Shown piece by piece: positions 17,282 through 25,600 of a stretch of 64,000 nucleotides of DNA (position 1 is the stretch's first letter; each line of letters begins with the position of its first letter). The position numbers were made by a program, and so were the translations under genes. This DNA comes from Bacilli bacterium (GTDB lineage Bacteria; Bacillota_I; Bacilli_A; RFN20; CAG-826): assembly GCA_017447305.1 (NCBI GenBank), contig JAFSNY010000042.1, forward strand, positions 8,435 to 72,434. The letters run 5' to 3'. Under the pieces are notes generated by a model, which saw only the letters and a program-made list of their open reading frames with translations, had not been told where the DNA came from and did not search any database.

Positions 17282-19252
17282 CTAGGAATTTTTGGCTTCT
17301 AATTTTCTCTTTTTACGTTGGTTTTTGGAAATCTTACGTTTTGATACAAAATAGATAGCGACTCCTGCTGCAGCGAGGACTTCAGCGATGAAGAGAATAA
17401 TGGCCCAAGTTGGGAATTCACCTGATTTAAAGTCTTCCCAAAGTTCAAGGATATATTTGTTATTCTCTCCGAAGTCTTGCATGATGCAGCAACGGATGAT
17501 TGTTTCTTCGTCTGGATATTGACAATAGAAGTCTCCTCCGACCGCTAAACCATCAGGGTGTTCATCATCACAGTCGACATAATAATCTTCAGCGTAGAAA
17601 ATCATATCGCTAGCTTGATATTTATCCGTTGGGAGTGTTCCATCGAAGAAATATGATAAGTCGACTTCGAAGAGTTCACTGTCATCACTATCGACGATGG
17701 TTAAGTCAGCGTAAGTCTTATGTGTTTCATCTTCGTTTAAGACGTTATATAACTCATCATCAAACTCATACATCAATTCTTCATCATCCAAAGCGTCGTT
17801 ATGAGAATCAGTTAAGAAGTCGGAATAATCGAGTTCACGATATTCTTCACCATCTTTAACTAAGATAGTGACTTCTTCTTCAACTTCCACTTCTTTACCT
17901 TTTTCATCAGTGTCGGTGTAGACATGTGTTGTATACATTTCTGATGTACGATAATCATACCATTCTCTAATGAGACCTAGGATATCTTCACCAGCGATAA
18001 AGGATGTATATCCGATATAATCCATATTCTTTTTGGCGTTTTCTGGATCAGAGATGAAGTTTAAGAACTCTTGAGCGAGTAATTTTTGATCAGCGGTTCG
18101 GTTATTATTTTTAGGCATAACCCAACCATCAAACCAAATGTTTGCACCTTCTTCTGGGACAGAATAATAAAGGGTTGTTTCATCGTAATCATAGGCTTGG
18201 CTCATCGCGTATACTGCATCACCACTCCAGGCTAAGTTGATACCAATTTTACCAGTGACGATATCGTTTTTACCGCTATCGACTTCTAAGCCAAAGATGT
18301 TGCCTTTTAATTCGATTAATTCTTTATAGATAGCTTCTCTTGTTCCACTATCAAATTTATATTCTTTGTCCGAATCAGCAGGATTGGAATAGAGATTAAA
18401 AATCTCATTAATACGACTGTTATATTCATCTTTGTCGATTAATCCGTTGACGTAATCTTCTCTAAAGGATAGAAGTTGTTCTTCGTGATGTTTCATATCG
18501 ACAACAGCAAGGGTATCTCTGATGGAGTTTTTAATGGAGATAGTTCCATCATATTGCTTATCCCATAGCGCTGAATAATGACGTAAATCAAAGATGATTT
18601 GTTCTTCTTTAGCCGCTTCTAATTCTTCTTCACTTAATTGATCAGCGTTTTCGATTTCGATTTTGTAGTTATTAAATGTTGGGTTAAAGAGAATTCCTAG
18701 AGTTCCCCACATATATCCAACACAGTAATCTTCAAGTTTCTTCACTTCACCACTTGGAAGTGTGGCTTCGATGTTATCTAAGAAACTAGAGATAGTTGGC
18801 GAACAATAATCACGATAGTTAGGAACAAAGTCACGATCAATTTCTTCAAGCATCCCTTCTCCAAGCATCTTTTGAATCATGTAGTCACTTGGGCAGATTA
18901 AATCAATTCTGGTTTTACCTGTTTTAACTTCGTTATACATTGATTCAGGAGTGTCTGAAGTGCTATAGGAAACTGAAACATGTTTTCCATAGAATGGACT
19001 ATTTGGATTATTTTCTGCATAATCGACGAATTGATCAACTAAGTCCTCTTCTTCATATCCATTTTCAACATCTTTAATGTAGATGTAGTCCGCGCAGTTA
19101 ACGACGTTAATGGAGGTATATTCTCCAACATCAGGTGTTGAAGCAGATGCGACTTTCTTGACTTTGCTGGTGTTAGAAAGAGCGAAGGTAAATGCGCTAG
19201 CACCTAAAAGGATAGCGATTGATGATAAGACAAGGATATTATTCTTTTTCAT
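17282..19252 (-). CDS. potD: Spermidine/putrescine ABC transporter substrate-binding protein, an extended PotD-like protein with a C-terminal transmembrane anchor
   Basis: I trimmed the start to the ATG at 19252 (MKKNN...), which has a GAAAGGGGAGAG RBS and lies 1 nt from the potC stop. The protein has an N-terminal signal sequence and PotD-family similarity. The final 40 aa form a hydrophobic helix plus a Lys/Arg-rich tail. Confidence 0.75.
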   Translation of the reverse strand: MKKNNILVLSSIAILLGASAFTFALSNTSKVKKVASASTPDVGEYTSINVVNCADYIYIKDVENGYEEEDLVDQFVDYAENNPNSPFYGKHVSVSYSTSDTPESMYNEVKTGKTRIDLICPSDYMIQKMLGEGMLEEIDRDFVPNYRDYCSPTISSFLDNIEATLPSGEVKKLEDYCVGYMWGTLGILFNPTFNNYKIEIENADQLSEEELEAAKEEQIIFDLRHYSALWDKQYDGTISIKNSIRDTLAVVDMKHHEEQLLSFREDYVNGLIDKDEYNSRINEIFNLYSNPADSDKEYKFDSGTREAIYKELIELKGNIFGLEVDSGKNDIVTGKIGINLAWSGDAVYAMSQAYDYDETTLYYSVPEEGANIWFDGWVMPKNNNRTADQKLLAQEFLNFISDPENAKKNMDYIGYTSFIAGEDILGLIREWYDYRTSEMYTTHVYTDTDEKGKEVEVEEEVTILVKDGEEYRELDYSDFLTDSHNDALDDEELMYEFDDELYNVLNEDETHKTYADLTIVDSDDSELFEVDLSYFFDGTLPTDKYQASDMIFYAEDYYVDCDDEHPDGLAVGGDFYCQYPDEETIIRCCIMQDFGENNKYILELWEDFKSGEFPTWAIILFIAEVLAAAGVAIYFVSKRKISKNQRKKRKLEAKNS

Positions 19253-19253
19253 A

Positions 19254-20102
19254 TTAGTCTCTCCCCTTTCTAACTTTTGCTTGTTTAGATTTATGAATGT
19301 TTCTAATCGTGATGATAATAACAGCGACAACAACAATTAAGAAAATAATTGTCGTTAAGGCGCGTAATTCTGGAGGTACTGGTCTTTTGGCAATATGAGA
19401 TTGAACATATGTTGAGATTGTTTCAATCTGAGAATTGCCACTGAGGAGTCCGGCGCCTCTGGTGAACTGGGTGATGACAAAGTCATCAAGTGATAAGGTA
19501 ATCGCAAGTAAGAAACCAGATAAGACACCTGGCATAATTTCAGGAATAATAACTTTTCTTAAAGCTTGCATTGGAGTCGCTCCTAAATCAAGAGCAGCTT
19601 CATAAACGCTTGGATCCATTTGTTGAAGTTTTGGTTTAACGGAAATATAGACAAATGGAATCGATAAGACAACGTGACCAATTAATAAGGTCCAATAAGA
19701 AGCGATTTCATTATGGAAGACATATGTGCCGATGAAAGTGAACATGACGCAGAGAGATAAAGCCATAACGATTTCCGCGTTAACGATTGGGATTTGGGTA
19801 ACGTTATCGTAAAGGGACTGCCATTTCTTCTTGGAATAGAAAGAACCAAGAGCGCCTATAGAACCAAGGACAACACTGACGAAAGCGCTGGTGAAGGCAA
19901 TAATGAAGGTATTACCAACAGCAACCCAGATTTCTCTTGATGTTAAGAGGTTTTTATATAAACCAAAGGAGAATCCGCTCCACTGTCCAACTTGTTTTGC
20001 CGTAGTAAAGGAGAAAACAATGAGGACGAGGACTGGCAAGTACATGAGGAGAAGGACTAACCAGATATAGGTTTGGGCGAGAACTTTTTTAACTTTTACC
20101 AT
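19254..20102 (-). CDS. potC: Spermidine/putrescine ABC transporter permease PotC
   Basis: Six transmembrane helices with the ABC permease EAA-like motif (EAALDLGATP). Confidence 0.85.
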   Translation of the reverse strand: MVKVKKVLAQTYIWLVLLLMYLPVLVLIVFSFTTAKQVGQWSGFSFGLYKNLLTSREIWVAVGNTFIIAFTSAFVSVVLGSIGALGSFYSKKKWQSLYDNVTQIPIVNAEIVMALSLCVMFTFIGTYVFHNEIASYWTLLIGHVVLSIPFVYISVKPKLQQMDPSVYEAALDLGATPMQALRKVIIPEIMPGVLSGFLLAITLSLDDFVITQFTRGAGLLSGNSQIETISTYVQSHIAKRPVPPELRALTTIIFLIVVVAVIIITIRNIHKSKQAKVRKGRD

Positions 20103-20917
20103 AGTTGTGTCCTCCCACCTTCCTTATCCTTATTGAACTTGAGGTTGATGAATAAACTGATACCAACGATTAATAACATAATCATCGCCATAAATGAGGC
20201 GGTATTCCATGAACCGAGTCCAAATTCGGTATTAATGTAGTTACCAAATAAAGTAATCATGTTTTCACTTAAAACGTCGGAGATAACGTAGGAAGACATG
20301 GTCGGCATGAATGTCATAAGTGTGGCAGAGACGATGCCTGGGATAGTTTGAGGGGCTAAAGCTTTGATAAAGACTTGGAATGGGTTAGCGCCCAAATCGC
20401 TAGCGGCTTCCATTAATGATTTGTCAAGTTTAAGCATTGTGGAATATAAAGGAAGAATAACAAATGGTAAATAGTTATAAACCATACCGACTAAAGTAGC
20501 AAAGTATGGCATTCTTCCACCTTTCACTCCAATCCAAGTTAAAAGGTCTCTAGTCGCTCCCGTTCTAAGAACGAAGTTAATCCACATTGGAGCAATAAAT
20601 AAGGTAACCAACACAGTGTTTTTATTGAATTTCTTGTTGGCCAAAAAATAGGCTAATGGGTATCCAATTAAGAGACAAATAATCGTTGTTTGTAAAGCAA
20701 CAAACATGGAAATCAATAAGACTTTCCATTTCGCCCACGATGTGAAGAATGATGCTGCAGCGCTAATTGAGAATTGTCCGTTTTCTGTAAAGGCGTAATA
20801 AACGATGATTAAGATTGGGATAATAATGAAGAGAATTAGAAATACTGCATAAGGAATTCCAAACACCGAGAAGAAGCGACGAGTTTTCTTGGCTTCTTTT
20901 TTCTTATTGGACTTCAT
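20096..20917 (-). CDS. potB: Spermidine/putrescine ABC transporter permease PotB
   Basis: EAA-like motif (EAASDLGANP) and six transmembrane helices. Confidence 0.85.
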   Translation of the reverse strand: MKSNKKKEAKKTRRFFSVFGIPYAVFLILFIIIPILIIVYYAFTENGQFSISAAASFFTSWAKWKVLLISMFVALQTTIICLLIGYPLAYFLANKKFNKNTVLVTLFIAPMWINFVLRTGATRDLLTWIGVKGGRMPYFATLVGMVYNYLPFVILPLYSTMLKLDKSLMEAASDLGANPFQVFIKALAPQTIPGIVSATLMTFMPTMSSYVISDVLSENMITLFGNYINTEFGLGSWNTASFMAMIMLLIVGISLFINLKFNKDKEGGRTQLW

Positions 20918-22460
20918 ATTTAGCGATGTCTCCCTTAATAGTTAGTTTGATATCTTCTGGTTTGATTGAGATGGAAACTAAATCGTTCTCATTCCAGGAA
21001 TACATGGTGTCGACGACAAATTCCTCTTCTTCATCTGTCCTCACCATAATTTGATAGTGATCACCTTTATAGATGATACTGACAATAACACCGTTGCATT
21101 GGCCGTTATCATAACCATCGATGATTTCGATGTTGCTTAAACCAACTTCCGCGATGACATCAGCGTCATTTAAATCATATTTCTTTCCATTTGCAGCGAT
21201 AAGATATCCTTCCTCATCGAGTGTGGAATTAGGAAGCAACTGTGTGACATCGACATCGAATGGCTGTTCGGAGATTCTCACTCTGTTTTCCTTATCAATC
21301 CATGCATCAAGGAAGGTGTTGACGGTGAGGTCCACTTTCATGATGTGAATGTTATCTGGTTCAATGTCGATTTTAACGATATCACCAATTTCTCTATTTC
21401 TCGTATCTTGGACGGTGATTTCACTCTTTCCGACTTCGACGAGATATTCAAAGTGCACGCCTTTGAAGATTTTTTCAGTGATGACACCTTGGCAAATATC
21501 CTTTTGGTCTTTCTTTCCTTCAATCTTTGTTAAGATGACGTCTTCTGGACGAACAACGACATCGACTTTCTCATTGACTGGGAAGTCATCAACACAATCA
21601 AAGACATGGTTTAAGAAACGAACTTTGAGTTTCGCGGTCATTGTTCCTCCATAGATGTTTGATTCACCGATGAAGTTTGCGACGTAGGCATTTCTTGGTT
21701 CGTTATAAATATCCATAGGAGAGCCAACTTGTTCGATGTTTCCACCTTTCATTACGACGATGGTGTCAGACATCGTTAAAGCTTCTTCTTGGTCATGGGT
21801 AACATAAATAAATGTGATACCTAATTTTTTATGCATATCCTTAAGTTCGAGTTGCATCTCTTTTCTCATCTTGAGATCCAAGGCACCTAAAGGTTCATCT
21901 AAAAGTAAGATTTCTGGTTCATTAACAATCGCTCTTGCAATCGCGACTCTTTGTTGTTGACCACCACTTAACGTGGAAATATCACGATCTTCAAGTTCTT
22001 CTAAGTCTACGATACGTAAGGCTCTAGCGACTTTTTGATCGATATCTTTTGGTGATAAATGTTTCATTTTGATTACTTGTTCACCATTTTTATCTAGGAT
22101 AGGATTTCCTTTTTTATCCACTTGTGGAACTGGAATCTTTTTAAGTTTTAATCCAAAAGCGACATTATCATAAACGTCTAAGTATGGGAACAAAGCATAT
22201 CTTTGGAAGACCGTATTAATTGGTCTTTTGTATGGAGGAATCTTGGTGATATCCTCTCCGTTTAATAAAATTTTTCCTTCGCTTGGAATTTCAAAACCCG
22301 CGATCATTCTAAGTGTCATGGTTTTTCCGCATCCAGAAGGTCCAAGAATGGTAACGAATTCACCCTTGGTAATGTCAAGGCTAATATTATCGACGACAGT
22401 TTGACCATCGAAGATCTTACTCACCCCTTGAAGCGAGATAATACAGTTCTCCTTTTCCAT
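20904..22460 (-). CDS. potA: Spermidine/putrescine ABC transporter ATPase PotA, with an extended C-terminal domain
   Basis: Walker A (GPSGCGKT), signature (LSGGQQQRVAIARA) and Walker B (LLLDEPLGALD) are present. A C-terminal extension of about 150 aa follows the usual PotA regulatory region. Confidence 0.9.
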   Translation of the reverse strand: MEKENCIISLQGVSKIFDGQTVVDNISLDITKGEFVTILGPSGCGKTMTLRMIAGFEIPSEGKILLNGEDITKIPPYKRPINTVFQRYALFPYLDVYDNVAFGLKLKKIPVPQVDKKGNPILDKNGEQVIKMKHLSPKDIDQKVARALRIVDLEELEDRDISTLSGGQQQRVAIARAIVNEPEILLLDEPLGALDLKMRKEMQLELKDMHKKLGITFIYVTHDQEEALTMSDTIVVMKGGNIEQVGSPMDIYNEPRNAYVANFIGESNIYGGTMTAKLKVRFLNHVFDCVDDFPVNEKVDVVVRPEDVILTKIEGKKDQKDICQGVITEKIFKGVHFEYLVEVGKSEITVQDTRNREIGDIVKIDIEPDNIHIMKVDLTVNTFLDAWIDKENRVRISEQPFDVDVTQLLPNSTLDEEGYLIAANGKKYDLNDADVIAEVGLSNIEIIDGYDNGQCNGVIVSIIYKGDHYQIMVRTDEEEEFVVDTMYSWNENDLVSISIKPEDIKLTIKGDIAKYEVQ

Positions 22461-22629
22461 ATTACTCAGTTCATCCTTTCTTATTAAAAAAACTCTATTA
22501 GAAATAAAAAATTATTTCGCAAAAATAATATAGAAAAAATAATGTAAAAACAAACAAATTTTTTTAATTTTTTTCTAGGGGGGTAAAACTCAAATTTTTA
22601 TATTCTATGAATATAATTTTGTGAAAAAT

Positions 22630-22720
22630 ACCCTCGATTTTTTTTCGATTTTTTTCGCATATTTTTTCATCTTTTTTTCAAGCGTTTTTTTCATCGCTTT
22701 TTTTCACTAATTTTTTGACG
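22630..22720. promoter_or_regulatory. Array of about seven phased T-tracts (T6-8 followed by C) in the divergent intergenic region between potA and the lipoprotein gene
   Basis: The TTTTTTTC/TTTTTTCA blocks recur every 11-13 bp from about 22636 to 22716. This phasing predicts intrinsically curved DNA. The array ends in a TTGACG hexamer at 22715-22720. Confidence 0.4.
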
Positions 22721-22758
22721 AATATTTAAGGTGTTTTATTTCACTTTGTACTTATGAT

Positions 22759-23817
22759 ATGATTTGTAACATGAAAAACAAATTATTTGTTCTATTCCCA
22801 TTTCTTCTTGTCTCTCTTAGCGCTTGTAACTCTAATGGAAAAGATGCGAAAGTCAAACTATCCTATGGTTCAAGATACGATAAGGGTGCGATTGCTTTAA
22901 CTCTTAATGAATTTAAAACGAGAATTGATAATGAAGAATCCTTCCTTTTAGCGTTATCACCAGGAAATGAAGATGAAGTAACCTGTTCTTGCTGGAGAAC
23001 ATTTTCTTCCTTAGTTGATGAATATGTTTTAAATCATGACCAAATCGTTTATAAGATTGATGTTTATAAAGTTGAAAGTTATGGATTAAAAGCCCCAGTA
23101 AACCAAGATCCTGGTTTCGCTATCTTTGAGAATGGACAATTAAAGAAACAATATTTTTATAAAACTAAGGACACTCCAACATATTTTTTAAATAAAGATG
23201 CCTTTGCTTCTTTTGTGAAAACAATCTCAATCGCTCCTAGCATGGTTTATATCAATGATGAACAATATCTAGCAATGAAAGATGGAAGAAATGATTTTTC
23301 AATGTCTATTGTAAGAAAAGGATGTTCTGACTGTTCTTATGTTCTTCCTAATGTCTTTGATCCATTCTTCAAGAAGAACACCGCTAAACAATTATTATAT
23401 TTATTAGATATTGAAGATTTAGATCACTATCACCGAAGCACCGAGGAAGAAGAGAAAACCTATCAAGCTTATAAAGATTCTTTGCTTTTAAGTGAAAAAC
23501 ATAACTCTGCATATGGATATGGAACTGGTGTTGTTCCAACAACATTCATCTATAGAGGTGGCCAAATTATCGATGGAAACATCTTCTTTAATGATGAAGT
23601 TGGTCAAAAAGAAGATGGAACATATTACATCTCCAAATCATATTTTTCTGAAAGTAGAGTCACTAACTTAAAATACACTACCACTATTTTGGAAGGAAAA
23701 GAACTAAGGGAAGATGAAATCGCTAATTATAAAGGATACATATATCTACCTAGTTCATCCGCGAGCGTGTATCACACTCCTATCATTGAGGATTTCTTAA
23801 ATTATTACTTCAAATAA
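22759..23817 (+). CDS. Hypothetical lipoprotein
   Basis: Signal peptide plus lipobox (LVSLSAC-N). The start is more likely the second ATG at 22771 (MKNKLF...). There is no clear Shine-Dalgarno sequence. Confidence 0.55.
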   Translation: MICNMKNKLFVLFPFLLVSLSACNSNGKDAKVKLSYGSRYDKGAIALTLNEFKTRIDNEESFLLALSPGNEDEVTCSCWRTFSSLVDEYVLNHDQIVYKIDVYKVESYGLKAPVNQDPGFAIFENGQLKKQYFYKTKDTPTYFLNKDAFASFVKTISIAPSMVYINDEQYLAMKDGRNDFSMSIVRKGCSDCSYVLPNVFDPFFKKNTAKQLLYLLDIEDLDHYHRSTEEEEKTYQAYKDSLLLSEKHNSAYGYGTGVVPTTFIYRGGQIIDGNIFFNDEVGQKEDGTYYISKSYFSESRVTNLKYTTTILEGKELREDEIANYKGYIYLPSSSASVYHTPIIEDFLNYYFK

Positions 23818-23842
23818 AATGGGATAATATCCCATTTTTTAT
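23817..23842 (+). terminator. Rho-independent terminator after the lipoprotein gene
   Basis: Hairpin TGGGATA/TATCCCA followed by TTTTTTATTT. Confidence 0.6.
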
Positions 23843-23959
23843 TTACTTTGTAAATAAGAATAATAAAGTTAAAAAAGTTCAGATTTTTTAGCGAAAAATC
23901 GCATTTTTACACATATATATAATTAGAGGGACATTTATGTTCCGAAGGGAGGATGGTCC

Positions 23960-24109
23960 ATGTATCATCTAAAACTTCGCGTCCCCTGCTTAATGTTACA
24001 TTCCAACCTGAAAAATGAAGATATTCACGGAAGGGAGAACAAATCGATGGAATATGTAGTGATCGTTTTGGTCCTCTTATTCTTAATCGCCTTGATTCTT
24101 AAGGAATAA
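23960..24109 (+). CDS. Small ORF of 49 aa, or 20 aa from the internal start at 24047, ending in the hydrophobic helix MEYVVIVLVLLFLIALILKE; candidate type I toxin-like peptide (copy A)
   Basis: Both in-frame ATGs (23960 and 24047) are preceded by GAAGGGAG(GA) Shine-Dalgarno sequences. A TATAAT box lies at 23918-23923. An 11-codon upstream ORF (23937-23972, MFRREDGPCII) overlaps the first Shine-Dalgarno sequence. Confidence 0.35.
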   Translation: MYHLKLRVPCLMLHSNLKNEDIHGRENKSMEYVVIVLVLLFLIALILKE

Positions 24110-24114
24110 TAGGG

Positions 24115-24149
24115 TTTAAAAAAGCATCTTTCCGATGAAAGGAAGATGC
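24115..24149 (-). terminator. Hairpin after peptide A that is bidirectional, with a T6 run on the minus strand
   Basis: GCATCTT(T)CC-gatgaaa-GGAAGATGC. On the minus strand it is followed immediately by TTTTTTAAA. On the plus strand the following T-run is weaker. Confidence 0.5.
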
Positions 24150-24166
24150 CAAAAGCTATTTTTAGT

Positions 24167-24218
24167 GTAACATAAGTCTTCTTCGTAGGCAACACCCGTA
24201 AAGTTTGTCTATGGGGGA
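24167..24218. ncRNA. Conserved ~52-65-nt element downstream of peptide A; candidate antisense/sRNA or 3'-UTR element (copy A)
   Basis: It is nearly identical to 24383-24431 (TAACATAAGTCTTCTTCGTAGGCAACACCCGTAAAGTTTGTCTATGGGGGA). Confidence 0.3.
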
Positions 24219-24263
24219 TGCTCTTATTTGAATGGAACAACACTGAAGTTAGAGAGCACAGTT

Positions 24264-24326
24264 ATGGAAGACATAGCGATTATATTGGTCCTATTATTCC
24301 TAATTGTCTTGACTCTTAGGGACTAG
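24264..24326 (+). CDS. Small 20-aa hydrophobic peptide MEDIAIILVLLFLIVLTLRD; candidate type I toxin-like peptide (copy B)
   Basis: A paralogue of peptide A, about 75% identical at the nucleotide level, with an AGAGAG Shine-Dalgarno-like sequence 6 nt upstream. Confidence 0.3.
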   Translation: MEDIAIILVLLFLIVLTLRD

Positions 24327-24331
24327 GGTTT

Positions 24332-24363
24332 AAAAAAGCATCTTTCCGATGAAAGAAAGATGC
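24332..24363 (-). terminator. Hairpin after peptide B, paralogous to 24115-24149, with a T6 run on the minus strand
   Basis: Perfect 9-bp stem GCATCTTTC/GAAAGATGC. On the minus strand it is preceded by TTTTTTAAACC, so it could also terminate the add transcript. Confidence 0.5.
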
Positions 24364-24382
24364 AAACCACTATCTTTAGTAT

Positions 24383-24431
24383 AACATAAGTCTTCTTCGT
24401 AGGCAACACCCGTAAAGTTTGTCTATGGGGG
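24383..24431. ncRNA. Conserved downstream element, copy B
   Basis: Paralogous to 24167-24218. It abuts the add stop codon at 24450. Confidence 0.3.
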
Positions 24432-24449
24432 ACGCTTTTATACATCAAT

Positions 24450-25457
24450 CTAATGATGTGATTTGATTATTCTTTCGTAGAAATCGTCAATCCTTTCATT
24501 TAATAGATATCTCATTTTGTATTTATCAACACCGCTGATAAATGAGGCTTCGATGGAATTATTGAGATAATAATAGATATCATCTTTGCTAAGATTGAAG
24601 GTTAAGTATAAATTTCTAAATTCTTTAACAACATCCGTATGTGAGACTGTCATATTATCCGAATTTATTGTTACAGGAATATCATGTTCTCTAAATTCTT
24701 TTAATGGAACTGATTCGTAATCTGGAAGCGAAGTTGTTTGTAAATTGCTTGTCGGACAGAACTCAAAATAGATGTTATTGTCTTTAACTTTCTTAATTGA
24801 CGCTTGATCAAAGGATAGATGGACTCCATGGCCAATACGTTTCGCGCCGATATCAATCGCCCCCATAATGCTATCATTTCCGCACGCCTCTCCTGCGTGA
24901 ATAATGACATTTTGTTTGTTATCTAAAGCGTACTTAAATAAAGCTTTGTAGTATAAAGATGGACGATATGCTTCTGGACCTGCCAAGTCGATTGCGACAA
25001 TTTTTGGATCATTGATTTCGATGACCGCTTTAATCGTTTCTTTGTTGATTTCATCATCAGCTTGTCTCATACAACATAAGATCAGATTAGCGTCAAAATC
25101 TTTTTTACCAATTAAACCTTCTTTTAAGCCCTCTAAGACCGCTTCTATGACTTCCTTTTGAGACAATCCCTTTTTCGTGTGTAATTGGCTCGCAAAGCGT
25201 ATTTCTGCGTAAATATACCCTAAGGCGTGAAGACGATTGATAAGACTACGGATAACAAATCTTAGATTTTCTTTGCTTTGCATTAATGAACAAGGCAAAT
25301 CAAATCTCTCTAAATACTCCTCTAATGAGGTACAGCCCTTAGGGACACGGATACATGATGGGAAATCATCAGGAATTGACATTCCTTCCTTATTTAGTAA
25401 GTAGATGAAATCTTCTTTGGATAAAGAGCCATCTAAATGTAAATGTAAGTCAATCAT
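24450..25457 (-). CDS. add: Adenosine deaminase
   Basis: 335 aa with the adenosine-deaminase metal-binding HxH signature (IDLHLHLDGS) and a GGAGTG RBS. Confidence 0.9.
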   Translation of the reverse strand: MIDLHLHLDGSLSKEDFIYLLNKEGMSIPDDFPSCIRVPKGCTSLEEYLERFDLPCSLMQSKENLRFVIRSLINRLHALGYIYAEIRFASQLHTKKGLSQKEVIEAVLEGLKEGLIGKKDFDANLILCCMRQADDEINKETIKAVIEINDPKIVAIDLAGPEAYRPSLYYKALFKYALDNKQNVIIHAGEACGNDSIMGAIDIGAKRIGHGVHLSFDQASIKKVKDNNIYFEFCPTSNLQTTSLPDYESVPLKEFREHDIPVTINSDNMTVSHTDVVKEFRNLYLTFNLSKDDIYYYLNNSIEASFISGVDKYKMRYLLNERIDDFYERIIKSHH

Positions 25458-25527
25458 CTTTCACTCCAAATATTATGGGTATTATAAATTTCTTTTTCTA
25501 ATTACATATTATCATATGAAGCATAAA

Positions 25528-25559
25528 TATAAAAGAAAAGCCAAGGCATTGCCTTGGCT
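25528..25559 (-). terminator. Rho-independent terminator after the large lipoprotein gene
   Basis: Stem AGCCAAGGC/GCCTTGGCT followed by TTTTCTTTT on the minus strand. Confidence 0.5.
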
Positions 25560-25600
25560 AATCTTTGGTTTCTAAATGAAACCTTATTTTCTTTGACTAA

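Noticed and set aside
24025-24243. 72-aa minus-strand ORF spanning the duplicated small-peptide region
   Set aside because: It reads through the hairpin and T-run and has no RBS. The plus-strand peptide ORFs with Shine-Dalgarno sequences are far more plausible.
24383-24450. Considered a purine/adenosine riboswitch next to add, or upstream of the purine permease
   Set aside because: The element is on the 3' side of add. It lacks purine-riboswitch conserved loops. The permease has only a 37-nt leader.
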